Positions 11,961 to 25,479 of a DNA stretch of 64,000 nt are shown here, piece after piece (the stretch's first letter is position 1; each line of letters starts with the position of its first letter). The position numbers were made by a program, and so were the translations under genes. The stretch spans positions 66,712,001-66,776,000 of the forward strand of contig NC_043000.1 in assembly GCF_006345805.1 (NCBI RefSeq), in the 5' to 3' direction. The DNA comes from Octopus sinensis (lineage: Eukaryota). Below the pieces are notes generated by a model, which searched no databases, had not been told where the DNA came from, and saw nothing but the letters and a program-made list of their open reading frames with translations.

Positions 11961-12104
11961 TTTTAATAATGTATATAATGTATAATATATATATATATTG
12001 GTACTACTCAGGTGTGGATTGTTGGTATGGCTGTGGAATAGTATTATAATACATCCTTTTGATATATATATATATAAGTGTGTATATATATTATATATGT
12101 ATTT

Positions 12105-12411
12105 TTAAGCCTAGTACTTATTCTATCGGTCTTTTGCCGAACCGCTAAGTGACAGAGACGTAAACATACTATCACCGGTTGTCAAGCGATGATGGGGGAC
12201 AAACACAGATACAAAGACACACACATAGACACACATACACGCATATATATATATATATATATATATGAGGGGCTTCTTTCAGTTTCCTGCTACTAAATCC
12301 ACTCACATGGTTTTGGTAGGTCCAAGACTAAAGTAGAAGATACTTGCCCAAGGTTCTACGCAGTGAGACTGAACCCGAAACCATATGGTTAAGAAGGAAG
12401 TTTCTTACCAC

Positions 12412-12412
<1 letters not shown>
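12105..12412 (-). mobile_element. SINE family A (tail-truncated)
   Basis: Reverse-complement match to 283-686 and 55320-55735. Confidence 0.85.
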
Positions 12413-12481
<69 letters not shown>

Positions 12482-13695
12482 GTCACTAAACCATATATAT
12501 TGCTAGAAGTAAGAGTTAAATCACTTATAACTACTTAATGGCACATTTAAATATGCTGACAGTTTGACAGTGTAGACAACTGCCCCATGACCGAAGCAAA
12601 AGTAGAACACTAGATTGCCAACAGTGTGCCTCCATTGCTCCCATGGAGCAGCTAATTCTCTCCGTCAGTATGTATATTTGCCATATGTATTTATGGCTTA
12701 TTTAGCGAAATGCCAAGTCTTATAGTATAACATTAATGTGGGCAGCTTGGTGCAATATAAACTGTACAGGCAAAATTTAGTCGTCGCTAATTGTGACTGT
12801 ATGTATTACAAGCACATATATCACTAGAAATATGAGTTAAACTACTTATGGCTGCGGCCCACAAGCAGTAATAGAATGAAAATGCGGGGACAGAGTGCTA
12901 GAATATTCTTATGCATTGAACCTGGACAAGTAGAGGACAAGAAGAAAAAGAACCTAAAATATTGCTGCTGAAGTTGGAATTTGCTAAATATATCTTTGAA
13001 ATTGTTAATCAAATAGTGTGTGCACGTTTTGTGCCCGCTTTTTCATTCTCGCCCCCCCCCCCATTATTATTTTATTTAAAGATTTTGTTAACTTAGAAAT
13101 TTTGTTTGCATTTAAAAATAACAAAGGATTAACAGCACCATATCTGTTACAAATAAATATATATTTAAAACAATTTATATTATAAAATAACTTTATATTC
13201 TAATTAAATAATTAATAAACAGATTTTTTTGATGAATGAAATTTTTTTATGTTAGTATGTTTTAATAGGTGCATATTTTAATATGCAAACAGAGTAATAA
13301 AAATTGATATGAAATCGCAAAAAACATAATTTTTTAATGCTTAATATTTTTAGACGGGGTTTGACCAGAAATATTCGTCTCAATGAACTCTTTCGTTTGA
13401 GTTGAAATAATGTTATTTTTCTCTTGAACAAAACAAAGTTATTTTGATTCCATACACGCCTGTGTATGTGTTTATGTTAAATATGTATATATATAAGAGT
13501 GTCTGGGCGTTTTATGTTTGTCACACACACACACACCACACACACACATACACACACACACATGCATACACACACTTTTATATATCTATATAACTGTGTG
13601 TGTGTATGTGTATTTCATCACGCTGAACCGTTAATTCCTGCTCATAAGCTCGAAACGTCAAGCTAATACACCTGTTTGTTGTTCCCTCACCTGTC

Positions 13696-13993
13696 TTGTA
13701 TCCATCCCCAAATTCAAAACTGAGGGAGTGGAACATGTAAAATCCAAGCTACATATGTTTCTTAACTAGCTGACCTTCTGATGTAATAATTACTCAGCGG
13801 GGGTGGTGGCGGATGCTCAACTTAGCTACAGCGTAGCCTTCATATAATTAAGGTGTTCTTGGCCTGATGATTAGCTAAGTTGAGCACCTCTCATTGAGTA
13901 ACTATTACGTCAGAGTATCAGCTAGTTAAGAAGCATGTAGCTTGAATTTTACTCGTCCTACTCCTTCAATTTTAGATTTGAGAATGGATACAA
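13696..13993. mobile_element. MITE/foldback element with about 135-bp imperfect inverted arms
   Basis: TTGTATCCAT...CAAGCTACAT...CTTAACTAGCTGA...TGCTCAACTTAGCTA is mirrored on the right arm; no ORF. Confidence 0.75.
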
Positions 13994-13999
13994 TATCCG

Positions 14000-14340
14000 G
14001 GTTATAACCTGTTAATGGGTCTGGCTATAGTTCATAGTGAATACATGACATAGAGTAAAATAATAAAAGATTAAAAATAAAAAGTGACAAAGGATAAAAA
14101 TTAAAAGATAAAATGAAGAAGGGCAAGTATATACGTGTTGCCATAAACACATATATAGACGTACATACACCCCTCCCTGTGGTCTCATGAACATACATAC
14201 CCACGCTCATGCCTTTAAGGAGATGTCATTGAATACGGTCGTAAACAACTAAGACGGTCGTATTAGAGGCAAACAGATAAACGGTATCTGCTGCCCCGCA
14301 TAATACATACATACATACATACATACATACATACATACAT

Positions 14341-14372
<32 letters not shown>

Positions 14373-14600
14373 CACACACACACACACACACACATATCTT
14401 GGATGAATTCTGAAACTAATGTTGAGGTCGTTTGGGCAATGCTGGTGGTATATTCTCCACATCGTGCAAATGAGGTATCGCTCACAGCGGCGCTGGAGAG
14501 AGTAGAGTTTCAATGCTTCTAGGCGGTTCAAATAATTGAGATCAGCCATGCCCTTAATTCTTTTAGTGAATGCCTTTTGGGGAATTCAGTAATAATGCAG
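14000..14600 (-). mobile_element. CR1/L2-like LINE C-terminal fragment split by a (CA)/(TACA)n microsatellite
   Basis: LNYLNRLEALKLYSLQRRCERYLICTMWRI matches the typical LINE ORF2 tail motif. Confidence 0.7.
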
Positions 14601-14650
14601 GGAACCTTAAAAGTGAAAAAAGCCGTAGATCCAATACAATTTAAGAAAGT

Positions 14651-14653
<3 letters not shown>

Positions 14654-14708
<55 letters not shown>
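14654..14708. repeat. (GA)n microsatellite
   Basis: Direct reading. Confidence 0.95.
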
Positions 14709-14709
<1 letters not shown>

Positions 14710-14719
14710 AGATGAAGAA

Positions 14720-15240
14720 AATTTGACAGGACAAGAAAATGCACTGTCAGTTCTTGAAGAATAAAGATGAAATTGATTGCAGAAAGGAGACTTAAAAGAG
14801 CCAGATATCGTACTTATCTATAAGAATGAAAATGAAGTAAAGATAATGGATGCTGCCATACCAGGCGATTCGAGGGTGAAATGTAAGGAAACAGAAAAAA
14901 ATGAGAAATACCAGCCACTGCGGGACGAGATAGGAAAGTTATGGGGCATGGGGAAAGTAATGGTGATACCAGTGGTAACTGGAGCAGTTTCCAAGGGCTT
15001 TGAAGAACATATTAAGAATATTGGAGCTGCTGTCAGGCTCCAGGTGATCCAGAAGACAGCATTATTGGGTACAGCTCGCATTCTAAGGAGAATATTGTCT
15101 TTTTGAGTTACAGGAGAAGGTACTACTTGAAACCTTTGGTGATTTATTATTGCCTGCTTTCAAGTAAAGAATAACCAGTAATTAAGAACTCCCCGAGAGG
15201 CTTTCATACTACTACTACTACTAATAATAATAATAATAAT
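14720..15240 (+). mobile_element. R4/Dong-like REL LINE 3' fragment ending in (TAA)n
   Basis: PDIVLIYK...IMDAAIPGDSRV...KYQPL...IQKTALLGTARILRRIL is a PD-(D/E)xK REL C-terminus. Confidence 0.85.
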
Positions 15241-16696
15241 TCCATTCATGGAATTTGGACTCAAGAAGTAGTGAATAATCTACATAAAAAGAGGCAAGGA
15301 CAGTCCCTAGCAGGGATAGAATTACCGAACAAAGACTTGATTAAACAAATTTAGACGGGAAGATACAAATAACTTGGTGTACTAGAGTTCAACGAGATAA
15401 TGGAAAAGGAAATGAAAGAGCAACTGAGGATGAAATATTTCCGAAGATTAAGGTTGGTGTTGCGCTCAAAATCGACCGGATGGAACAAAATCCAAGTAGT
15501 TAATACGTGGGCGATAGCATCGCCTCGATATGGAGTGGTAATTATAAAATGGTAAAAGAGAGAAGTGATGAAAATGGATATCAAGACCAAAAAATGTTGA
15601 CAGTACACGGGCCCTCTACCCTAAGAGTGACACCGACAGGCTGTACTTGTCCAGAAGAAAGGATGGGAGAGGTCTGATCTGTTGCTAGGACTGTATCGAA
15701 GCAGAGGAAAGCAGCTTAGGGCGGTATATAAAAAAATGCTGTGGGATCATTGTTGAAACATACGAAGAAGACCGGTATCATCAAAACTGAAAATTGTGGA
15801 ACTAAAGAAAAGACTGAACAATAAATGAACAAAAAAACCCCCCAAAAAGCATGGAAGGAAAAAAATGAATGTTCAGTTTGCCAGAGATGTGAACGCCAAG
15901 ACGGATACAGAGGACTGGTGGCTATGGATGAGGAGGAATGACTTGAAGATAGAGACAGAAGCACTCTTATGTGCAGCTCAAGAACAAGCGATAAGGATCA
16001 ACTATGTGAAGTACAGAATAGACAACACTGCCGACAGCGACAAATGCAGAATGTGTGGTGAGAGGGGTGAAACGGTATGGCACATCGTTAGCGAATACCC
16101 GAAATTGGTACAACGCGAATACAAAAGATACCAAAACAATGTGGCAAGAATGATCCATTGGGAGCTCTGTGGAAATCACACCCTACAAAGAGCAAAGACG
16201 TGGTATGGACAAACCCCAGATGGAGTCGCCGAGAATGAGAATTGCAAAATCCTGTGGGAAGCAATGATCCAGTGCGACCACCTAACTAGACATCGGAAAC
16301 CGGGCATTGGTGTGGTGAATAAAAAAGAAAGAACATTGATGATTATCAACATAGCATGTCCCGGTGACAACAGTATGAATGTGAAAGAAGAAAAAATAAA
16401 TATCTATGACGATTTGAAGTGGGAAATACGAAAGTTGTGGTCAATGAGGAGAGTAGACGTAATAGTAATTGGTGCACTGGGAAGTATCAGGACTCAACTA
16501 CCAGCATGGCTGAAAAAGATTGGTACAAGCGTGAATGTAGAACACCTACAAGATCAGTATTACTTGGAACTGCAAGAATTCATCGTAGGGTTCTTGAAGT
16601 ATGACCAGTAAACAAGCGTCACCTTAGTCTGCTGGCTGTGGACAGCTAACACTTTCCAACATACCCAGTAAAATAACCTGTGAGTTTTCATCACAA

Positions 16697-16755
<59 letters not shown>

Positions 16756-16810
16756 TAATGATGATGATGATAATAATAATAATAATAATGATAATAGTAA
16801 TAATAATAAT
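15241..16810 (+). mobile_element. 5'-truncated R4/Dong-like LINE (RT C-terminal half, CCHC finger, REL) with long (TAA)n tail
   Basis: YKYLGV-like, HPKSD-DRLYLSR-GGRGL, ORF 15865-16611 with CRMCGERGETVWHIVS and RHRKPGI. Confidence 0.88.
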
Positions 16811-17446
16811 TCAACACACCATGAATATACTTTACTGGGAGCGAATAACGGCGTCTTTGCGTGATCGCCCGACCAGCTAGAAAAGCAACTTTACGAAAAG
16901 AAATTCAGAATGCTTTTAATTATATAATTCTTAATACACTTTACATGAACACACACACGTCTCAAATCATATCCTAGCGTCTTCAAAAAAGATTGAATAA
17001 TTAATGAAATAAAAAATAAAAAATTAATAAAATAAAAAAAAGTAAAAAAGGACAGATGGATGAGGATGTAACAGCTTCGTTTATAGGTCTGGGTTATTCG
17101 AGTCTATCTTGAGGTTAAACAACAACTGCAAGCACGTGTTGTCAAACTCGTGCTCACACGCACACACCCACATATGTACTATTCCTTTAACACGTGGATT
17201 ATATTTAGTGGAAAAGTAAAAAAGAAAAAAACAACAACAATCTTACGTAGTACAATGACGTCTATATTGGAACTGAAGCACAAGCATGAACTTATTTACT
17301 ATCACTTAGGATGGATAATAATAACTCAGACTTGGTTACGCAACAACGATCGAAACGAAAGAAGAAAGAAAACGAAATAAAAGAAGTTTGAGAGAAATAC
17401 TGAAGGAAAGCGACGCGAAGAACCCGAGAAAAGCAATATACACAAG

Positions 17447-17459
17447 AGAGAGAGAGAAG

Positions 17460-17523
<64 letters not shown>

Positions 17524-18033
17524 AGCGATGAATATTTCTGCTTTGCTCATAAGAGAGTGACTCATGCTAAATAATAAACAGTGATGTTGATGACGAGGTG
17601 GTGATGGTGATGGTGGTGGTGTCGGTGGGGATGATGAAACTGCTGCTAGTGCAGCTGTTGCTGTTGATGATGATGATGCTGGTGAAGATGATGGTGGTGA
17701 AGATGATGGTGGTGAAGATGATGATGACGATGGTGATGACTGATGATGAGGATTGGTGAGAATGATGGCTATGCTAATATCTTCGGCGGGGAGAAATTGT
17801 TTTAGTCAGAATTTATTTTGCCTCAAGGGCACTCAGTATATAAAATAAAATCATACAGACTCTTAAGTAACTAAACCAAACTATGTAAGCAATTAACTCA
17901 CTCACTTAGTCACTCACTCACCCACTCACTCACTTACTCAATCACTCACTCACTCACTCACCCACTCACTCTTTCACTCACTCACTTACTAACTAACTAA
18001 CTAATTAACTAACTAACTATATACACCTATATT

Positions 18034-18085
<52 letters not shown>

Positions 18086-18220
18086 AGAGAGAGAGAGAGA
18101 GAGAGAGAGATACATACACACTTATATACACACACATATACAGACATATATATCCATACATACACACACACACATATATATATACATATACGTATATATG
18201 TATGAATGTATGTATATGGC
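17447..18220. repeat. Compound microsatellite tract: (GA)n, (GAT/GGT)n, (CACT)n, (CT)n(TA)n(GA)n
   Basis: Direct reading. Confidence 0.9.
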
Positions 18221-18479
18221 GGGAATCTTTTACTGGTTTCAGTAATTAAACTGCGGCCATGCTATAGCACAGCGTTCGATGAATATTATTATTATACAGG
18301 CGAGCATATATCATTCCCTGCAATTACTTTACTCCGATGATTATTTTATCGATTTCTCTTTATCCAATTACTAAGTTGCAGAACTGATAGCAGCATAACG
18401 TAAACAACAATACCGGTCTTTAGACCAACGTAAACAAAAACACAACCGCACTCGCGCAAACAACTTACGCACGTATGTA

Positions 18480-18481
18480 CG

Positions 18482-18526
<45 letters not shown>

Positions 18527-18755
18527 TTATGTAAGTGTGTGTGTGTGAATTATGCATGCATGTATGTATGTATGTATATATGTATGAAACTGGTAAGGCC
18601 ATATTTCAAATGGGCACTCAATGCACGCGTTGGGTGGAGTGGATGTGTTATTTAGAGCAAAAGCCACTTACATACATAAATATATACAAACATGCATGCA
18701 TACATACGCACGTGCATCCATCCATCCATCCATCCATCCATACATACATACACGC

Positions 18756-18798
<43 letters not shown>

Positions 18799-18951
18799 TT
18801 GTTTTTTGAAGTAATAAAGTTAATGTCTGGTCATGAATACACACATGTGCACGCGCGCGTGTGTAATGCATAACAGATACATACATACATACGTACATAC
18901 ATACATACATACATACATGCATATATATATATATATGCATATATATATAAT

Positions 18952-18983
<32 letters not shown>

Positions 18984-19087
18984 TTATATATATATGTATA
19001 TATATATATGCATATATATATATATGTATACATATATATGTATGTATGTATGTACGTATATATATATGTATGTATGTATGTATGTAC

Positions 19088-19154
<67 letters not shown>

Positions 19155-19285
19155 GTACGAATGCATATATGCATGTGTGTACATATAACGTTAAGGAAAA
19201 AGAAGCGTATGAATGTTATTATACGTGGTGATGGTATTAGTGATATTCCTACTCCAATCATATGATGTGTTGTTGTTGTTGTTGT

Positions 19286-19318
<33 letters not shown>

Positions 19319-19358
19319 CAGCACTAGTAGTAGTAGTAGTAGTAGTAGTAGCAGTAGC

Positions 19359-19411
<53 letters not shown>

Positions 19412-19433
19412 CAGCAGTAGTAGTAGTAGTAGT
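18480..19433. repeat. Compound microsatellite tract: (CA)n, (CATC)n, (TA)n, (TATG)n, (GTA)n
   Basis: Direct reading; source of the poly-YI/VV/LL ORFs. Confidence 0.9.
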
Positions 19434-19500
19434 AAAAAAAAAAGAGAAAGAAAAGGTGAAGAAGCTTCAGATAAGTTTTGTGTGCTCTCTAACGTTTTAG

Positions 19501-19634
19501 TCGTTTTTAACGAAACACGCACTCTTAGTAAACGTTATCACACCGCTTGTAACACTCATTGCATACATCGCGCAACACTGTCGTGTTTACTAAACCACTA
19601 TCAACAGCAAATTACACTTCAAAAAGCGACAAAG
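19501..19634 (+). other. Putative exon (5'UTR or coding) of a + strand gene
   Basis: Acceptor CTCTCTAACGTTTTAG| and donor CAAAG|GTAAGC; CpG-rich unique sequence; one frame is open. Confidence 0.3.
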
Positions 19635-20926
19635 GTAAGCTTTTAGATCCCATAAACACAAGCATGCATCCATATGCAAATAAATTTAGGATTTATGTAA
19701 CTTTTTTTCTTTTTTTTAAATTTCTAATTAGTCAAAATTTTGTGCTAATGGATGTGGAAAAAAAGTTCATTTCTTTTGTTTAGCTTTTGGTTAGGCTTTT
19801 CTGTTGCCGGACAAACTTTTAATACTTTAAGATTTCGTCTCCTCTTTTCTTTAACTTTCTTTACATTTTTCTCTTTCTCTCTCTTTGTCTTTCCTTTCTT
19901 CTCTCTTTCTCTCGCTTCTTCTACACATTCATATATGTATATACAATCATTTTCCCTCTTTCGCTGTCTCTTTTTCTCTCACGTCGTTTACACACACGCG
20001 CGCGCACACAGACACACTTATTTTTAAATGCGTTTGTTCTGCAATTTATATAATTTTGTAAATGATTCTAACAAGTATTAACTTTCTTTTTTGTGTTTAT
20101 GTTATTTCAGCATCAAACAGAGAATTGATATACAGTATATAGATATACGTACATGCAAGCGTGTGCGCACGAACACACACATACAAAAGTGCGCGCACAC
20201 ATACACACACAAGCCAGCTTACACACGCTCATTTATTCATCTGTGTTTTATATGTATATGCGCGTATTCAAACATCTCGTATATACATGTATATGCTTAT
20301 ATTTTGTACTTACATTATACGTTAATACGTGTATATGTACATACATGTGTACACAAGTCCATCCATCTACTTTCGAGTGCTTATAATTATATATATAAGC
20401 ATTCATATATGGATATATATGTATGTGTACATACATATACGTATACATATTATATATATATATACAGATATATAATATATATATATAAATGTATGTACAC
20501 ATACACATTTGCATGTATGGACGTATACATACGTCCATACATGCATGTACACATACATGTACATTGATAGCGTTAGAAAACCGGCGACTGAGCTTTACCG
20601 TTCCGTTAGATGTTAGTGAAAGTTCGTGTTTTAACCGCATATCAAAAATGGGAACCTATGATTATAAGCTAGAATTTGTCAATATTTGTCGTGAAATTGC
20701 ATCAGTTGTCAACAGCCACGATTCGAGTCTATGTAGTAATTTCTAAGTGGTTGTTGCTTGACTCGCTAAAAATAGTCGCTAAATGTCGCAGAAACCACTC
20801 TTAAACCAATATGGGATATAGGATAACGAAGTCCGGGGCTTTATTCATAGTTCTATTCAATCAGCAACTGAGATCTATAAATATGAGATGTTATTAAGGA
20901 AACTCTGGAGCATCAATATAAGGAAG

Positions 20927-21165
20927 CCTTAAGGCGGTGAGCTGGCAGAATCGTTAGCACGCCGGACAAAATGCTTAGTGGCATTTTGTCCGTCTTTATG
21001 TTCCAAGCTCAAATTCCACTGAGGTCGACTTTGCCTTTCATCCTTTCGGGGGTCGATAAAATAAGTACCAGTTGAGCACTGGGGTCGATGTAATCGACTA
21101 GCCCCTCCCTCTGAAATTGCTGTCAAAAAATCGTGCCAAAATTTGAAACCAATATTAGGAAGCCT
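20927..21165 (+). mobile_element. tRNA-derived SINE family B (Meta-domain-like core)
   Basis: AAGGCGGTGAGCTGGCAGAATCGTTAG head; core GCCTTTCATCCTTTCGGGGGTCGATAAAATAAGTACCAG; about 30 copies in the window. Confidence 0.88.
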
Positions 21166-21581
21166 TTGTAAAACTTCTATTTTTCCTCACCGCCATCGGA
21201 TCTGTGTCAGTGCACTATAAGCTAATTACAAATCGTCTTGGCAGCTGATGGAAGCAGCAGAGAAGCCGGCTTTGGATGACATACTGTATTGAAACTAGGC
21301 GCCTTGACGTGCTGATTTTAAATCATGACTAGGGTCGATTTCGTTTCAATCGGATCCTGAGGCTTCACCTTTCTTCCTCCCCACAAAAAGAAAATAATGA
21401 ATAAATAAAAATATCCCTTAGTTAAAGGAAATCATTATCGTTAACATTTCAGTTTCTATATTTAGATAATATAGCTTGATTGCTTGAGCAACTGTTACGC
21501 CTGATAATTACTTCATCATGAAGCCAGTCTTTGATATGCTGCAATAGCTAATCTTTGAATGGGTAATATTATACGTATTCC

Positions 21582-21805
21582 TAAGGCGGCGAGCTGGCAG
21601 AATAGTTAGCACGCCAGGCCCTTATGATTAGCAGCATTTCGTCCGTCTTTACGATCTGCGTTCAAACTCCGCCGATGTCAACTTTTGTCTTTCATCCTTT
21701 CGGGGTCGATTAAATTAAGTGTCAGTTGCGTACTGGGGGTCGATCTAATCGACTGGCTCCCTCTCCCAAAATTTCGGGTCTTGTGCCTAGAGTAAAAAAG
21801 AATAT
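21582..21805 (+). mobile_element. SINE family B
   Basis: Full-length match to the family B pattern. Confidence 0.88.
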
Positions 21806-22258
21806 CTTGCTAAATATTGGTTACATCCCGGCATAAGTTTAAAACTCTGAGTACAGTTAAACTGGGTTCACTTAAACGGCAAATTGAGGAAACATGAATC
21901 TTGTACCATCCCATTTCCTTCATTTTTCCAAATCTTTTCTTTGTGCTTGAGAAATCAATATTGTTTACTTTTTACTTTTGGTAAGCAAACCATGTCTGCG
22001 ACCCGGTTTCAATTTCCATTAAATTTAATTTGCACTACTAACGTTTCCCTGCAGGATATGAATATTATATATAATCTCAATTCTTTTATGCCCTTAGATA
22101 ATTGTCTTTTGCCAACAAGTAGATAATTTGTAGTTACGTAAACAAGAAAAAAAAGAAAAGGGAGAAGAAAAAAGAAGACAAGTGGAATTATGTATGTCAA
22201 ATGATTGATAACAGACGGGAGTGTTTTTAAAAAAAAACAACCTCTTCATCTCCCTTAC

Positions 22259-22290
<32 letters not shown>

Positions 22291-22577
22291 CTTGTATGAA
22301 TGTATGTATGTACTGTCGTTTAATTGCTCCATTTTTGTACTAAAATATCAGGGGGAAAATATATAGAGCAAGCTAATGGCGCAAATTTTTACGCCCCTTC
22401 TTTTGTGCTTAATTGGGAAAGCCAGCAGACATATTGCAATCGGTTACATATCTTTCTCTGGATTACGGACTTGTGCCTTGTTAGAAGTTCTTACATAGCT
22501 CGGTGATAATGCCGGTACGATACACAACATGGTTGTAATGTTGCGAGTAAACTATAGTTCAATATTTCTAGTCCCAA

Positions 22578-22970
22578 AAGCGGCGAGCTGGCAGAAACGT
22601 TAGCATGCCGGGCGAAATGCGTAGCCGTATTTCGTCTGCCGTTACGTTCTGAGTTCAAATTCCGCCGATGTTGACTTTGCCTTTCATCCTTTCGGGGTCG
22701 ATAAATTAAGTACCAGTTACGCACTTGGGTCGATATAATCGACTTAATCTGTTTGTCTGTCCTTGTTTGTCCTCTTCGTGTTTAGCCCCTTGTGGGTAGT
22801 AAAAAATTAGGTATTTCGTCTGTCTTTACATTCTGAGTTCAAATTTTGCCGAGGTCGACTTTGCCTTTCATCCTTTTGGGGTGGTCTATAAATTGTGTAC
22901 CAAAAAAAAAAAAAAAAAAAATTTCAGGCCCTGTGCCTAGAGTAGAAAAGAATATTTCTAGTCCCAAATT
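22578..22970 (+). mobile_element. SINE family B dimeric variant
   Basis: Unit, then linker TTAATC-GTTTGTCTGTCC...GCCCCTTGTGGGTAG, then a second headless unit. Confidence 0.85.
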
Positions 22971-23039
22971 TAACTGAGATCAATAAAATAAATACTTATA
23001 CTGAAATTGAACAAATTCTCTAGACCCTTGTTAAGGTTT

Positions 23040-23690
23040 AATATTGGTTTTACATTTTGGTACAAGGCTGGCAATTTTGGGGGAAGAGTTAAGTCGACCC
23101 CAGTGCTCAGCTAGTACTTATTTTATCGATCCGTATAAGATGAAAGGCAAAGTCGACCTCGGCGGAATTTTAACTCAAACGAAATGCCTCGAAGCATTTT
23201 GCCCGGCGTGCTAACGATTCTGCCGGCTCGCTACCTGGTTAAGACTTAATGATACTAGTAATAATATTTTTTTCTAATTTGGTACAAGGCCAGCCATTTT
23301 AAGAGGAGTGGTTAAGTCAACTGGATCCCGAATGGATAACAGGCAAAATCGTCTTCCGCAGAATTTGAACTCAGTAATAATAATTAATCTAAGCACAAAA
23401 TCAGCTATATTCATAATTTATACTTTATGCAAAGAAATGTTGATAATGAAGCACTCGGGATGACTGCTCCAAAGTCGGAGCAGGAGATAAAGTCAAGGAA
23501 AACTAAATTTTTGTGAAAAATCAAAGTAGTGTGAATATCAGGATTCTGAAGATTTTTGTAATTCTTTTAAATCTTGACAGAATGTTAGCAATTTTAGGTG
23601 TGAGGCGGGTGGGTAAATCGATTACATCAACTTCAGTGCTTAACTGCTCCTTATTTTATCGATCCCGATAGAATGAAAGGCGAGAATACG
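23040..23690. mobile_element. SINE family B copies and fragments (23040-23240 -, 23270-23380 -, 23590-23690 +)
   Basis: Core and head matches. Confidence 0.75.
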
Positions 23691-23869
23691 TGTCAGCTCT
23701 GGGACACTTTCAGGAGTAGATGACCTTGTTGATTTGAGACAACCAGACGTACTTTCACAGTTGACGTATATGGGTACTTGTGACTCAGTTTGTGGAGTGG
23801 AAAGAGATTGAGTTTTGGAGGCTTACATAGTGCGCGCGCGCGTGTATGTGGAGTGCGGAAGACGCATGC

Positions 23870-24700
23870 GGAAGCTTTCTCTGTTGAACCACAGCTTACA
23901 GAACAAGATAATAGAGAAGTCTAAGGGAGTGGAATTTCGCAGAGTTGGTAGATATCGTTTTAGTAAGCATGTAGAAGGGTCAGATGTAGTTTGCAGACGA
24001 TGCGATGTACGGTGGCATAGTTTGCGTTTCTGATCATAGGTACTTGGTGAATGTGTTGACCAATGGAAACAATCCAGTTTGCAGCGCTATCTCTTTTCTG
24101 TCAAACGATGAAAACCATGCTTTTTTCTTTTTTTATCAGCTGGGTTGTTGTAGCGCTGCCAAAAGTGAATCACTTAGAGGGTTTAGAACTTTGAGCTTGT
24201 ATTTTGTACTGCGAAGGATACTTAACTCAGAACTTGCCAACTCTGGCCTGAAGTGCCTTAGGAACCACATGGGATGGTATATGCCGTAGTATTCAGAGAC
24301 TGTGATGCTTTGGCGACACTTCAATCACAAACACTTCAACCAATAGAGGTTAGTGATTAGAATGGCTGCGTGTCCGTTAAGGGATGCGTGTATCAGGTGA
24401 AAGTAAATTAATTAGCGACTAAGATATTGCGAAGGATTCAGTTTCTGCCCTGGCAGCACAAGTATGGGTCGAGTGTGAAGGCCAAGAATGGTTTTGTGCA
24501 TTGCAAGAAGAGATTTAGTCGAATAGTTATTGGAAGATGGAGGCATTCAGACAGCGCTAGAGGGGGGAAGATATATTTAGAAGCAGATAAATTGAATGCT
24601 TTTGGTATGCAGGTGAGAGAAATGTGTGGCAAAGAGAATGGAATCTACATATATGTGGGCAGTGAATCTTGAGTAAAGAGTTTAGTAGAGATGTCTAGTG
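23870..24700 (-). mobile_element. Decayed CR1-like LINE APE/linker fragment
   Basis: Weak motifs (PDTRIP, ESFAI, KLWFNR) in broken frames. Confidence 0.4.
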
Positions 24701-25479
24701 TCATCTCCAAAAGATGACACTGGACATTAGTTCATTGCAACCTGGTAGCAGGAACAGTTTAAATAGGTGGGAAATAAACACATACACACGCACACACGCG
24801 GGCGCGCGCACACACGCACACACACATACACACATGCACACACCAATGCATATATAGACGTCTATTTTAGTCACCAAAAGTAAAATCCGTGTTTTTTTTA
24901 ACTAGTTGGCTTTTTTTTGAAAATCATTCGGTTTGTTGGAGCTTTTATAGGAGATACACCAAAAACTGAAAGACACAAAAACAGGAGAAAGATTTTTTTA
25001 TCAAAAATCTGTGTGCTCAGCAAAAATCTGTTTTAACTGCCTCTTCAACAGCGAAGAGAGATGGCGATAAAAATAAAATTAAAAGTGCCTCCTGTTTTAA
25101 GAAAAAGCAGACAAATCTAAATCTAGTCATACAAGCCTAAAGGCGCATTGAATAGCTCGTTGCCATTATGTTTTATTCCAATGTTGTCTTTATCAAAAAG
25201 TTAATCAAAATCATTAGTACGGTAGGGATAAAATTCTTGTCAAACTCCAAACTATTAATAAAAAGGGGCTGAGAAATTGTGGGATAAAATTCTACAATAC
25301 CAAAGTGGTTCCATATAAAACATTACCCTTCTGTTTGTAAGCCACTTCTTAATACCTCAAACTTCAACGCATCCATAGCCTTAGATAATCTAGTAAATAT
25401 CTGTGATCGACCACAACACAACTTTAACATTTTGCTTGTTGAAGTAATTTTTATTTTATTTACACTACCATCAACTGTA

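Noticed and set aside
22324-22506. ORF KISGGKYIEQANGANFYAPSF...
   Set aside because: Only weak donors and no recognisable domain
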